Source: Candidatus Woesearchaeota archaeon
GTDB taxonomy: Archaea; Nanobdellota; Nanobdellia; Woesearchaeales; WAPY01
NCBI GenBank assembly: GCA_049700835.1
Contig: JBNAUL010000002.1
Coordinates: forward strand, 1-64,000
Direction of reading: 5' to 3'
Length of the DNA: 64,000 bases
Under the pieces are notes generated by a model that did no database searches, was not told where the DNA came from, and saw nothing but the letters and a program-made list of their open reading frames with translations. Positions 1 to 9,775 of this stretch are shown here, piece by piece. Numbering within the stretch: position 1 is the first letter of the stretch; each line of letters begins with the position of its first letter. The position numbers were made by a program, and so were the translations under genes.

Positions 1-2
1 TT

Positions 3-3000
3 GATAGTGTTGGTCCTGGTTGTAGTTTGTCTTCTATTGCTGAGAGTTCTAGTTTTGCTTTTGTTTCTGGTGCAACAATTTATTATAATAATGCGAGTTC
101 TGGTAGTTTTAATGTTAGCGTTTCTGCTAGTGATTCTGGTAGTGGTGTTAATTATACTTTGTTTCCTGATACTGTTAGTGTTGGTGGGAGTGTGTTTAAT
201 CCTGGTCCTTACAATTGGACTTATGATTGGGATTCTAATGATGGAAATGATTATTCTGATTCTATTATTTATTGTTATGACAAGCATGGTAATTTTAATA
301 CTACAAACTTTTCTGTGGTTTTGGATGTTACTCCTCCTGGTGGTGGTTTTGTTGGTTATGAGAATGGTTTTATTAGTAAAAGTTGGGTTTTGGTTAATGT
401 TAGTTCTGGTTTTGATAGTCAGAGTGGTATTAGTGACGGTTCTGCTTCTTTGCAGTTGTTTGTTAGTAATGCTAGTTTGAGTTTTGGTTCTTGTGGTAGT
501 TTTGGTTCTTGGTATGCTTTTGGTTCTCAAACCACTTCAACAACCCAAATAAATGTTACTAACTTGCAAAATGCTTATTGTTACAAGTTTGTTTATAATG
601 TCAGCGATAATGTTCATAATTTTGTTAGTTACAGCAATGAAAGCATTGTTAAAGTTGATGTTTTTCCGCCAATAACTTATGACAATGTTCCAGAACCTAT
701 TTATTGGTTTGTTAATGAAAATGCAAACATAACTTTAACATGCACTGATGATAATGAATGCAACAGAACTTATCATTGCATCTTTGACATAGGAACAGAA
801 GAGTGCACAGATTTTAATGTTAGTTATTCAAATGTTACAAATGTCTTAGTTGATTGCCCTAATAATTCTGCTTGCCAAAAGAAAATAAAATATTATAGTG
901 TTGATTCTGCAGGTAACATTGAAGATTTCAAGTACAGCAATCCTATCTACATTGTTCATAATTCAAGCGTTAATGGAACAGAAGCAGAACTTTGTAATAT
1001 AACATCATCATCTTATGTTTTGAACGGTTATTGCGGTAATTGTTATATCGAAAACTCAACTGTTATCAATTCTTCAGTTGTTGGTTTGACTGGAGTTTAT
1101 GGATATCATTGCAGGATTGTAAATTCAACTGTTATAAATGTTAATCTAACAAATGCAGAACTCTACAATGCATTTGTTGATACAAGCATTTTAATTGATT
1201 CTCTAATAGAAAATTCAACAATAATTAATTCAACAGTAAGGAGTTCTGTAGTGATAAATTCCTCATTCTCAGATTGCGGATATTTTGAAGTCATAACTTC
1301 TGGAATTTACAACAACATTATGACCGCAGGACTGATAATTTATAATGACACTTATTACTATTCTCCAAGAAACCTTAGTGATATTTGTTTAGCAGTCAGC
1401 CCTGTTAAAAAAGGATACTTGGAATCAATTCCAAACATAGCAAAAAATGGAAGCGTTATCTTATTTAAGTATTATGGATCAAATACTGGTTATGATGTTA
1501 TTCTCTTAAAAGAATCATTTGATGCTGAAGGAGGTTATATTAATTTATTGGACAACGGAATTGTTCCTGATGAAATAGCAGATGATGGAATTTACACTGG
1601 AGAAGCAGTTGTTAATTCTTTAGAGAGTGGTTATAAAACAGCAACTGCTCTAGTAAATGATAGGGTTGGAAACAACTTTAATGTAACTACTACTATAATT
1701 TTGGACAACATAGCTCCAAATGCAAGTTTAAGCATCAACGACGGAGATGAAGTAACAATAACAAGGCATGTTGTTCTAAAACTCAATTATTCTGACAACA
1801 TAAATGTTTCAAGATGCAGGTTTTCTAATGAGGACTTAAACTTCAGCGATTGGTATCAATGCCAGCCAAGCATTCCTTGGATTTTGAGTTATGGAAACCT
1901 CACAAAAACAGTTTATTTTGAAGTTCAAGATGTTGCTGGAAACTCATTCATAACTAACGACAGCATAAACTTACAGGAAGGAGTTTATGATTTAACTCCT
2001 CCTGAAAACCTTAGCGTTCATGATGCTGGAAATTGGAGCAATGACAATGCTTCAATGTACTGCTCTTGGAGTGCATTTGATAGAGAATCAAAGGTATTCT
2101 ATTATTACAGGATTGTTGGAATAACTGATTGGGCTTATGCTGGTGAGCAAAAAAGTGTTACAGTTTACAACCTTAGTTTAAGTGAAGGAAATACTTATTA
2201 TTGTGAAGTTTATGCTCAAAACTCATACTTTATAAACTCAACTTCACAGACGAGCGATGGAATAACAATTGATTTAACGATGCCAATAATAAATTTTATT
2301 AACGCTTCTGTTCCTAATAATACTTGGACTAATCAAAATATGATAACATTTAATTGGAGCGCTTATGATCCTGTGAGCAATGGAGTTAGCAGCGGAATAA
2401 ACGCTTACAGTTTTGCTTTGGATAACGATGAATTTGGAATCCCGGACAATATTCCAGAAGGTGAACTCAACAATCTAAGCAATAAAACATCTCACACTTA
2501 TAATTATATTAGAGATGGAATTTATTATTTCCATGTAAAAGCCCAAGACAAAGCAGGAAATTGGGGCAATGCGTCAACTTATGCTATAATGATAGACACG
2601 ATTCCACCGACAGCCCCGTACATGCAAAACCCAACACAAACAGCATCATCATCAACAATAACATTCACTTGGAACAGCAGCGGAGATCCAAACCCATACG
2701 GAAATTCAAGCGGCGTTTATAGGTATTTAATCAATATAACTTATGAGAACGGAACAGAGGTCTTAACAGATTGGGTTTATGATACAGCATACAACTTTAC
2801 ATCCGCAGAAAACAGCAGAACATATCATGCTTCTGTAAGCGCTCAAGATTATGCAGGAAACATTGGAGAGAGTTCTGACTCTGCAATAACATTCGACTCA
2901 GAGCCACCTCAAATAACATTCAAGAAACCAACATCTTCAGGTATAGTTATATCTAATGCTCCAATAATTGTATTGGAAACTGATGAGAACGCAACATGCT

Positions 3001-3872
3001 ACTTAAATAACACTTTGTTCTTATTCACAAATTCAACTCATCATGAGACAAGGATTTATGCAAGTAATGGCAACCAAGAGTTTGACATAAAATGCTACGA
3101 TTCTGTTGGAAATTTAAGAACAGATACTGTAAGCTTTTATGTTGATACAAGCGCAAATGTTGACAGTTTAGAAATTCAAACCCAAAGCGCTTACTTTATA
3201 AGCAGTCCTGTAAGGTTTAATGTTATTGCAAAGTCCTCAGGAAGCGGAGTTGGAGAAATACAAAAAACAGCTGTTGAACTCTTCCTAAATGAAACGAAAA
3301 TCAACGATTTTGTAATGGTCGATTTAGGAGGAGGAAATTACAGTTTTGCATTCACAGCTCCTAACATCCCTTCTGCTTATGAGCTCAAAGTTTTGGTTTA
3401 TGGAATAGAAGCACTTGATGATTTAATCGTTGAAAACGCCGGTTTAAACATAGAAATCTCCTCTCAATTTGAAGAAACCAAAGAAACAAACAGGATAATT
3501 TATGGCGTTTTGGATAATTCGTCTGTAGGATTGGCTTCTGACAGTTCAAACTTGGAAAAAACAATAGAAAGCTCTCTGCTGAAATTAAAATCAGACATCT
3601 CTGGAAATCTTTACATTTTTGTTACAAAACAAAACTTTAACCCTAAATCAAGGGAAAATTATCTGAAAAAACAGTTGTTCCTTGAACTTACAAACCCGTC
3701 CTTTGGGTATGCAATCCAAAAAAAGAATTATTTGGTTAATACAGAATTAAATTATCCAGGAGTTATAATAATAAGCAACTCCACAATAAGGGAAGGTTTT
3801 AACAACATCATAATAAGAAACTTAGGTTATGATGAAAACGGAAACATGATTATTGTAGTAAACACAATTTAA
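3..3872 (+). CDS. Large secreted/surface protein with tandem Ig/Fn3-like domains (5'-truncated by window edge)
   Basis: Frame is open from the window start. Repeated D-x-(T/A)-P-P ... (V/A)xDxAGN beta-sandwich motifs, many NxS/T sequons, an NSTVINS-type repeat stretch and an LLDNGIVPDEIADDGIYTG (choice-of-anchor X-like) motif. Lies upstream of the pilins. Confidence 0.8.
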   Translation, partial: DSVGPGCSLSSIAESSSFAFVSGATIYYNNASSGSFNVSVSASDSGSGVNYTLFPDTVSVGGSVFNPGPYNWTYDWDSNDGNDYSDSIIYCYDKHGNFNTTNFSVVLDVTPPGGGFVGYENGFISKSWVLVNVSSGFDSQSGISDGSASLQLFVSNASLSFGSCGSFGSWYAFGSQTTSTTQINVTNLQNAYCYKFVYNVSDNVHNFVSYSNESIVKVDVFPPITYDNVPEPIYWFVNENANITLTCTDDNECNRTYHCIFDIGTEECTDFNVSYSNVTNVLVDCPNNSACQKKIKYYSVDSAGNIEDFKYSNPIYIVHNSSVNGTEAELCNITSSSYVLNGYCGNCYIENSTVINSSVVGLTGVYGYHCRIVNSTVINVNLTNAELYNAFVDTSILIDSLIENSTIINSTVRSSVVINSSFSDCGYFEVITSGIYNNIMTAGLIIYNDTYYYSPRNLSDICLAVSPVKKGYLESIPNIAKNGSVILFKYYGSNTGYDVILLKESFDAEGGYINLLDNGIVPDEIADDGIYTGEAVVNSLESGYKTATALVNDRVGNNFNVTTTIILDNIAPNASLSINDGDEVTITRHVVLKLNYSDNINVSRCRFSNEDLNFSDWYQCQPSIPWILSYGNLTKTVYFEVQDVAGNSFITNDSINLQEGVYDLTPPENLSVHDAGNWSNDNASMYCSWSAFDRESKVFYYYRIVGITDWAYAGEQKSVTVYNLSLSEGNTYYCEVYAQNSYFINSTSQTSDGITIDLTMPIINFINASVPNNTWTNQNMITFNWSAYDPVSNGVSSGINAYSFALDNDEFGIPDNIPEGELNNLSNKTSHTYNYIRDGIYYFHVKAQDKAGNWGNASTYAIMIDTIPPTAPYMQNPTQTASSSTITFTWNSSGDPNPYGNSSGVYRYLINITYENGTEVLTDWVYDTAYNFTSAENSRTYHASVSAQDYAGNIGESSDSAITFDSEPPQITFKKPTSSGIVISNAPIIVLETDENATCYLNNTLFLFTNSTHHETRIYASNGNQEFDIKCYDSVGNLRTDTVSFYVDTSANVDSLEIQTQSAYFISSPVRFNVIAKSSGSGVGEIQKTAVELFLNETKINDFVMVDLGGGNYSFAFTAPNIPSAYELKVLVYGIEALDDLIVENAGLNIEISSQFEETKETNRIIYGVLDNSSVGLASDSSNLEKTIESSLLKLKSDISGNLYIFVTKQNFNPKSRENYLKKQLFLELTNPSFGYAIQKKNYLVNTELNYPGVIIISNSTIREGFNNIIIRNLGYDENGNMIIVVNTI

Positions 3873-3947
3873 TAATCAATTTAATAATGATCATTTAATA
3901 ATCAAGAATTCAAAGAGATTGAAAGCATAAAAAACCAAAAATATAGA

Positions 3948-4520
3948 GTGCTTAAAATGCCAAAAACTCAAATAAAATTTGAAAAAATTAGATGTAGCAA
4001 AAAAGCGCAGTTCTTTATTTTCACAGCAGTAATCCTCTGCCTCTTGATATATGCGCTCTTTGCCATGAGAGCAGAATCATACTATGTTGAAGGTTCTGAC
4101 TTTGAGCTTCTGCATAAAAATTTTGTTTTGGAAGCAGAAGAAGTCATAAACAAAGCAGTTTATGAAGAAGAAAACTTGACATTTGAGTTTGATGATTTTG
4201 TTCAGAGCTACTTGGGTTTTGCAGCAAAGGAAGCAAACATAAGTATATTCTATGCTTTAATAAAAGATGATATATACTTAAAGAACAATTTTCCATGGAA
4301 TTTAACAATAACAACATACTTTTACAACAAAACGCAGGGAAATTTTATTTTGCACACCAATATAATAATTCCAAAGAACATAACATCATTTGCAATAGAC
4401 ATAGATAATGACGGAAAAAATGATTATTTGTTTACAATAAAAAACAAACCTATAGAACTAAAGCTTTTGTTTTACTCTGCTGAAAATAACAGGATACAAA
4501 TTTATGCTTATGACAGATAA
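3948..4520 (+). CDS. Pilin-like protein with class III signal peptide
   Basis: KKA/QFFIFTAVILCLLIYALF: basic residues, A/Q cleavage site, then a hydrophobic helix; pilus locus context. Confidence 0.7.
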   Translation: MLKMPKTQIKFEKIRCSKKAQFFIFTAVILCLLIYALFAMRAESYYVEGSDFELLHKNFVLEAEEVINKAVYEEENLTFEFDDFVQSYLGFAAKEANISIFYALIKDDIYLKNNFPWNLTITTYFYNKTQGNFILHTNIIIPKNITSFAIDIDNDGKNDYLFTIKNKPIELKLLFYSAENNRIQIYAYDR

Positions 4521-4584
4521 AAATTAAATATCAAAAAAAACAAATCAAAATAAAAAATCGAAAAAATTTTGACAAAGAGCCAAA

Positions 4585-5052
4585 ATGAAACTTGATTTTT
4601 TAAAAAACAAAAAAGGAATCGATGTAATGATATCTTGGATTCTTCTGATAGCAATTTCGCTGAGTTTAGGAATTTTGGTTTACACATGGGTGAGAAATTA
4701 TTCAGAATCAACAGCGTCTGATTTGGAAAACAGGAGCATAGAGTCAAGATGCGAACTTGTTTATGCAGCTCTTGGTAACGCCTGCCAGACAGCAAACGAA
4801 CTTTATTTTGATATCACAAATAAGAAAGATTTAAAAATAAAAGGTTTTTTATTTGGAATTGTAGACATATTTGGAAATGCTGAGAACAGGGAAATAAATG
4901 AAACTTTGCTTGTAGGAGAAACAAAGAGGATAACAATAATGAAGCAGGGAACTATTGCGAGAATTGAAGCGGTTCCAATAATAAGAAACAACGAGCATGA
5001 CATTTATTGTGTTGGTGTAAAGAGTTATCTTGAAAACATAAGGTATTGCTGA
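4585..5052 (+). CDS. Archaeal type IV pilin
   Basis: NKKG/IDVMISWILLIAISLSLGILV class III signal; paired Cys in the globular domain. Confidence 0.85.
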   Translation: MKLDFLKNKKGIDVMISWILLIAISLSLGILVYTWVRNYSESTASDLENRSIESRCELVYAALGNACQTANELYFDITNKKDLKIKGFLFGIVDIFGNAENREINETLLVGETKRITIMKQGTIARIEAVPIIRNNEHDIYCVGVKSYLENIRYC

Positions 5053-5103
5053 TTCAATTGCAAGAACATACAAAAAATAAGCAAGCAAAAAAAGAAAAAA
5101 GAG

Positions 5104-5415
5104 GTGATCTGCTTGAAAGAAAAAGAAAGCATTGATTCAAGACTTCTTGAACTTAAAATAGAGTCTTTGAGGATTAAGAGGGAACATACCCTGACTGTTT
5201 TTTATCAGTCGTTGTTCATCTACTCTTCATTCATGTTTGTGGCAGTAATTGGTTTTATAAACAGATACTTGAATTCAAGCGCGCTGAGCATTTTGTTGTT
5301 AATAGCAATTCTCTCTTTAATAATTGGAGTTATACCATACACTATAATGATATTGAAAGAGGAAAAGGAAATTGTAAAACTTTACAACGAATTGGCAAAA
5401 AAATATCAAAAGTGA
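5104..5415 (+). CDS. Small two-TM membrane protein (paralog of 37069-37380)
   Basis: Two hydrophobic helices flanked by charged helices; aligns by eye with the 103-aa protein next to the KaiC-like gene. Confidence 0.7.
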   Translation: MICLKEKESIDSRLLELKIESLRIKREHTLTVFYQSLFIYSSFMFVAVIGFINRYLNSSALSILLLIAILSLIIGVIPYTIMILKEEKEIVKLYNELAKKYQK

Positions 5416-5427
5416 GGAGGTATCATT

Positions 5428-5949
5428 ATGAACAGAAGAATAAAAATTAGCATGAGTTTTTTAAAGAAAAAGAAAGGAGTTTCTCCGCTGATAGCAACGG
5501 TTTTGCTAATTGCTTTTGCAGTGGCATTGGGAGCAGTTGTGATGAATTGGGGAAGAACATATGTTGAGGAAACAGCTCTGTATGCCAAGTCAAAATCAGA
5601 GACAGAAGTAAAGTGTAGCATGGATGTCAGAATAGAAGAAGTAAAGGTTGGGCAAACGATAAAGGTGTGTTATAATGATGCAGGAGGTTTTGTTGATTTT
5701 GTGATAAGGAACTCTGGGATGAAGGCAATAGAAAGATTGTTGGTTCATGTGCTTACAACAGATAATGAAATTTATACCCAAGAAATAAATAATACGATAA
5801 GCGTAGGAGGAATTTACCACGCAACATCTAACTATACAGGGAGCTTCCAACAACTTGAGATAATACCAAACATTTATGTCACTGGAGAATATATTCCTTG
5901 CACAGACGCGCATCTGCTTTTTGATTCAACAGAGATAAATGAGTGTTAA
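5428..5949 (+). CDS. Archaeal type IV pilin (major pilin-like)
   Basis: KKKG/VSPLIATVLLIAFAVALGAVV is a canonical archaeal pilin N-terminus; GAGGAGG SD upstream. Confidence 0.9.
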   Translation: MNRRIKISMSFLKKKKGVSPLIATVLLIAFAVALGAVVMNWGRTYVEETALYAKSKSETEVKCSMDVRIEEVKVGQTIKVCYNDAGGFVDFVIRNSGMKAIERLLVHVLTTDNEIYTQEINNTISVGGIYHATSNYTGSFQQLEIIPNIYVTGEYIPCTDAHLLFDSTEINEC

Positions 5950-5964
5950 ATTCATAACGCTGAA

Positions 5965-6273
5965 ATGAAAAAATGTTTTGATTTTAGGAATTACAATTCT
6001 TATCCTTTTGCTAATTCCTCCCTTGCTTTATTATGCAGAATTATGCCTGAATATTTATATGCTGAAATATTTATTGTTTTAAATACCAAACCAAAAGACC
6101 ACAGCAGAAGCAGAAATTGCGTGCTATGTGCATAACTGCATAGAAAAAATTAAAATGAACAATGAAAAAATTCAGTTGCAACAATAGTGAAGATTGCGAG
6201 AATTCATGATAAAAAATGTTGGAAGAAAGATAATAAACTAGTGGTTTGTAATGAAAAATACTCTTGTTTTTAA
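5965..6273 (+). pseudogene. Possible decayed small secreted Cys-rich protein
   Basis: Fragments in different frames: MKK/VLILGITILILLLIPPLLYY, AEIACYVHNCIEK, FSCNNSEDCE, KKCWKKDNKLVVCNEKYSCF*. Confidence 0.3.
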
Positions 6274-6401
6274 TTCAGAAAACATAAAAGACATAAAGAG
6301 TTGAAAATTGCAAGTTAGTTTTTGTATTGAACCTGTTTAAGATCTGTTTTTGTTTTTCCACAAGCTTATAAAGCAAAAAACTTTAATTTTAAAATCAAAA
6401 A

Positions 6402-6839
6402 ATGGCAAAAGAAAGAGTGTTTTTTTTGATAACCTTTGGAATATTCGTAGTATTGGCATTTTACATAGCAGGAAGCGTCATACAGATTTACAAGAGTTCA
6501 AAGAATCAAACATCAGGCACAATGCCTTTTGTTAAGTGCTCTACTCTCCTCTTCGAAGTTGACAAGACAACGATAAAGCTTGAAAGCGGAAACCTAAGCT
6601 TTGAAGTTTTAAACACGTATGGAGATAAAATAGATGCCCTGACAATAGGATACTACGACGAAAAAAACAATGAAATAAATTACGAGTTCAAGTTTTTGGA
6701 TTTTTATAACGGCAAAAAGAAGAAGGTAATAATCTACAACTTTAACCATGAAGGAGAGTTTTATGTTTATCCTTCAGGATGCCCTCAAAACAAAAAGGTT
6801 TACTCAGCATTTTCGCAGCAAAAACAAGCAGGTAAATAA
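6402..6839 (+). CDS. Membrane-anchored pilin-associated protein
   Basis: N-terminal TM helix and a pilin-like beta domain with a Cys pair (…FYVYPSGC). Confidence 0.65.
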   Translation: MAKERVFFLITFGIFVVLAFYIAGSVIQIYKSSKNQTSGTMPFVKCSTLLFEVDKTTIKLESGNLSFEVLNTYGDKIDALTIGYYDEKNNEINYEFKFLDFYNGKKKKVIIYNFNHEGEFYVYPSGCPQNKKVYSAFSQQKQAGK

Positions 6840-6846
6840 TGAAAAA

Positions 6847-7623
6847 ATGAAAAGAATGAGAAAGAAAGAAAAAAATAAAATTCTTGGAATAAAATCCCAG
6901 GTTTGGGTTTCAGCTGTTTTGTACATAATCATAATCTTGACAGCGATGGTTATAATATTAGAAGTAGCGGTTCCTGTAATCAACAGCTTCAGGGACAGAA
7001 TAGCTTTAGAGAATGCTAGAAATTCAATGAGCGCATTAGAAGCCTATATAAGCGAGGTGAGTTCAGAAGGGCCTGGTTCTCAGAGAGTTGTGCCTCTCAA
7101 TGTGAAAAAGGGAAAGATATTTGCACAGGATAACAAACTAATATGGCAGTTGGAAACAGAGTCAAGGATTATGGAGCCAAGATCAAGAATAGATTTTGGA
7201 AACCTGATTTTTATAACAGTCCCTTCTAACTCAACAGTTACAGCATACGAATCAGAGGATTACTGCTACTATATTCTTGAGAATGGAATAATAAGGGCAA
7301 ACATAACTGTTTTTGGAGATAAGGAAAAAAATTATGAGAATTGCTCTTCTGGAATAGACACATCCAAGATTATAAAGTCAATAACATCTCTGGTTGAGGG
7401 AACTTCACTTTCAGATAGCATAAAAATATCATTGTTGAATGATGAGGCAACAACAACAGGCATTGGCTACACAGAGCTTGCGTCAGAAGGAACATATCTT
7501 AGTTATTCAAGCGTTACAGTTTACATAAACACAACAAACTATTATTATTCATTTGACATAAAACTTGAAAGCGGGGCTGATTTCTTAACTCTGAAACTCA
7601 AGGAGATTAGAAAAAACAGTTAG
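6847..7623 (+). CDS. Minor pilin-like protein with class III signal peptide
   Basis: IKS/QVWVSAVLYIIIIL motif; start moved to ATG 6847 to avoid overlapping the upstream gene. Confidence 0.75.
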   Translation: MKRMRKKEKNKILGIKSQVWVSAVLYIIIILTAMVIILEVAVPVINSFRDRIALENARNSMSALEAYISEVSSEGPGSQRVVPLNVKKGKIFAQDNKLIWQLETESRIMEPRSRIDFGNLIFITVPSNSTVTAYESEDYCYYILENGIIRANITVFGDKEKNYENCSSGIDTSKIIKSITSLVEGTSLSDSIKISLLNDEATTTGIGYTELASEGTYLSYSSVTVYINTTNYYYSFDIKLESGADFLTLKLKEIRKNS

Positions 7624-7944
7624 AATAAAAAATTTGAAAAGATTAATAAAAACAAGATTCTTGCAAAATAAAAAGAACAAAAAATCCAAAACTTGCCTGT
7701 TAAAAAACTGCATCATAAAACCAAAATTATTATAAATCACTATAAATAATAATCATTACAAATAATCATCACAGATGATTTATAAATAGCAATAAAATAT
7801 TGAATAAGATAATGTTAAAAAGAACAAAAATATAAAATATGAAACAAATATAAAATTTGAAGTTCAAATCAAGATTAAATTAAAAATTTAAATTAAAAAT
7901 ATAACTTAGGTAAAGACAAAAAGCAAAGGCATAAAAAGGGGTGA

Positions 7945-9513
7945 TTGATGCCAGCAGAAGTAAGCGATGCTAATGCAGGGAAAAGCAAGGAAAAAAAACT
8001 TTTCAGCATAGATTTAAAACCAAGAATATTTCCGATACCTACTTTAATAGAAAAGAGCAATGTCAACATAAGATACCCTCTAATTTCTCCATATGCTATC
8101 GCGCACATTGCCAGCGATGAGAAAACAGATGAAATCTGCTATTTTGTGGAGGAGCCAAAACTTGACAGCGTTGAACAAGAACTTTTGAAGCTAATAAAAA
8201 TAGGGCTTGAAGAGACAATAAACATAAGCTTTACAGGGGTTACAAATGTTGAAAGGGTTTTGGACTATCTTGAAAAGAGCGTTCAGTCAATACTCTCTGA
8301 ATTAGGGGCAAGGGTCTCAAAACAAACATACCAAAAAATAATGTATTACATCTACAGGGATTCTGTGGGTTTGAATAAGATAGAACCTCTGCTGAATGAT
8401 TATTATATTGAAGATATAGAATGCAACGGCGTAGGGGTTCCTGTTTATATTGTTCACAGAATATTTGAAAACATGAGGACAAACATTGTTTTTGACAGCG
8501 AAGAAGAACTTTTGGAGTTCGTTGAAAAATTGGCTCAAAAATGCGGCAAGTACATATCATACGCGCAGCCATTGTTGGATACAGCTCTTCCTGACGGTTC
8601 AAGGGTAAATGCAACCTACTCAAGCGACATTACAACAAGGGGGCCAACCTTTACTATAAGGAAATTTACTGAGAAACCGCTTACTCCAACAAGTTTGATA
8701 ATAAACAAGACAGCCCCTGCTGAAATCTTTGCGTACCTTTGGCTTGCAATTGACAACAAGATGAACATGATGTTCATCGGAGAAACAGCATCTGGAAAGA
8801 CCACTTTACTTAATGCTGTTCTGCACTTCATTCCTTCCCAAGCAAGAATAACTTCAATAGAAGACACCAGAGAATTAAACTTGGCTCACCAAAATTGGAT
8901 TCCTGCTGTTTCAAGAATTGCATTCGGCACCCCTTTGGGAGAGATAGGGCTCTTCGATTTGTTAAGGGAAACATTCAGGCAAAATCCTGACTATGTTGTT
9001 GTAGGAGAGGTAAGGGGAAAAGAAACATTTGTTTTGTTTCAGGGAATGGCTTCAGGACACGCTTGTTACAGCACATTCCACGCAGGCTCTTTTTCAAATC
9101 TTGTTAGGAGACTTGAAACCCCTCCAATAAAACTGCCAGGAGAACTAATAGATTCCTTGGATATAGTTTGTATAATGGAACACATAAAGGACCAAGAGAG
9201 AAATATTAGGAGAGTAAGGGAAGTTGACGAGGTTTTGCCCTACACCAAAGAACACAAAACCAATCCTGTGTTTGTTTGGGACCCTGCAACAGACACATTT
9301 GTTTTCAACAAGAGATCAATTGTTTTGGAAAAGATATCAAAGAAATCAGGAAAGAGCGTGGATGAAATAATGAGAGAATGGAATTTGAGAACAATGTTTT
9401 TGAAAGCATTGGTTGAGAAAAAAGTTTTTGATTTCGAGGATTTCGCCTCAAAAATAAATCTTTACAGAATGGACAAGAAAAAGGCGTTGGAAGAATTAAA
9501 CATAAAAACATGA
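7945..9513 (+). CDS. Type IV pilus assembly ATPase (FlaI/TadA/VirB11 family)
   Basis: Walker A GETASGKTT, SIEDTRE Asp box, RQNPDYVVVGEVRG Walker B, GHACYSTFHA His box. Confidence 0.95.
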   Translation: MMPAEVSDANAGKSKEKKLFSIDLKPRIFPIPTLIEKSNVNIRYPLISPYAIAHIASDEKTDEICYFVEEPKLDSVEQELLKLIKIGLEETINISFTGVTNVERVLDYLEKSVQSILSELGARVSKQTYQKIMYYIYRDSVGLNKIEPLLNDYYIEDIECNGVGVPVYIVHRIFENMRTNIVFDSEEELLEFVEKLAQKCGKYISYAQPLLDTALPDGSRVNATYSSDITTRGPTFTIRKFTEKPLTPTSLIINKTAPAEIFAYLWLAIDNKMNMMFIGETASGKTTLLNAVLHFIPSQARITSIEDTRELNLAHQNWIPAVSRIAFGTPLGEIGLFDLLRETFRQNPDYVVVGEVRGKETFVLFQGMASGHACYSTFHAGSFSNLVRRLETPPIKLPGELIDSLDIVCIMEHIKDQERNIRRVREVDEVLPYTKEHKTNPVFVWDPATDTFVFNKRSIVLEKISKKSGKSVDEIMREWNLRTMFLKALVEKKVFDFEDFASKINLYRMDKKKALEELNIKT

Positions 9514-9577
9514 GAAAATATAAAAAAATGTAAAATTAGAATGTAATGCCAAATGCTGTTAAAACATTATTAAAACA

Positions 9578-9769
9578 ATGATGAAAAAGAGAGACCTTTC
9601 AGATATAAAAAAAGGAATTCAGGAATTGGTTGCTCTTCTTAAAATATACGAGGATTTAAAGTCGGATTTTGAAAGACAAGGCATGCTAAAACTAAGCATC
9701 GCAAGAGAAGAGATACTTAAAAAAGCCCTTGCGCTCAAGGACAATCTTTCTGAAATAGAAGAGGAATAA
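9578..9769 (+). CDS. Small hypothetical helical protein
   Basis: 63-aa ORF filling the space between the ATPase and TadC genes on the same strand. Confidence 0.5.
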   Translation: MMKKRDLSDIKKGIQELVALLKIYEDLKSDFERQGMLKLSIAREEILKKALALKDNLSEIEEE

Positions 9770-9775
9770 GCAAGA

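Noticed and set aside
1..480. 159-aa Leu/Val-rich ORF in frame 1
   Set aside because: Shadow of the T-ending codons of the real surface-protein frame.
3..3872. Diversity-generating retroelement target suggested by the A-poor segment
   Set aside because: No reverse transcriptase and no TR/VR repeat pair differing at adenines is visible in the window.
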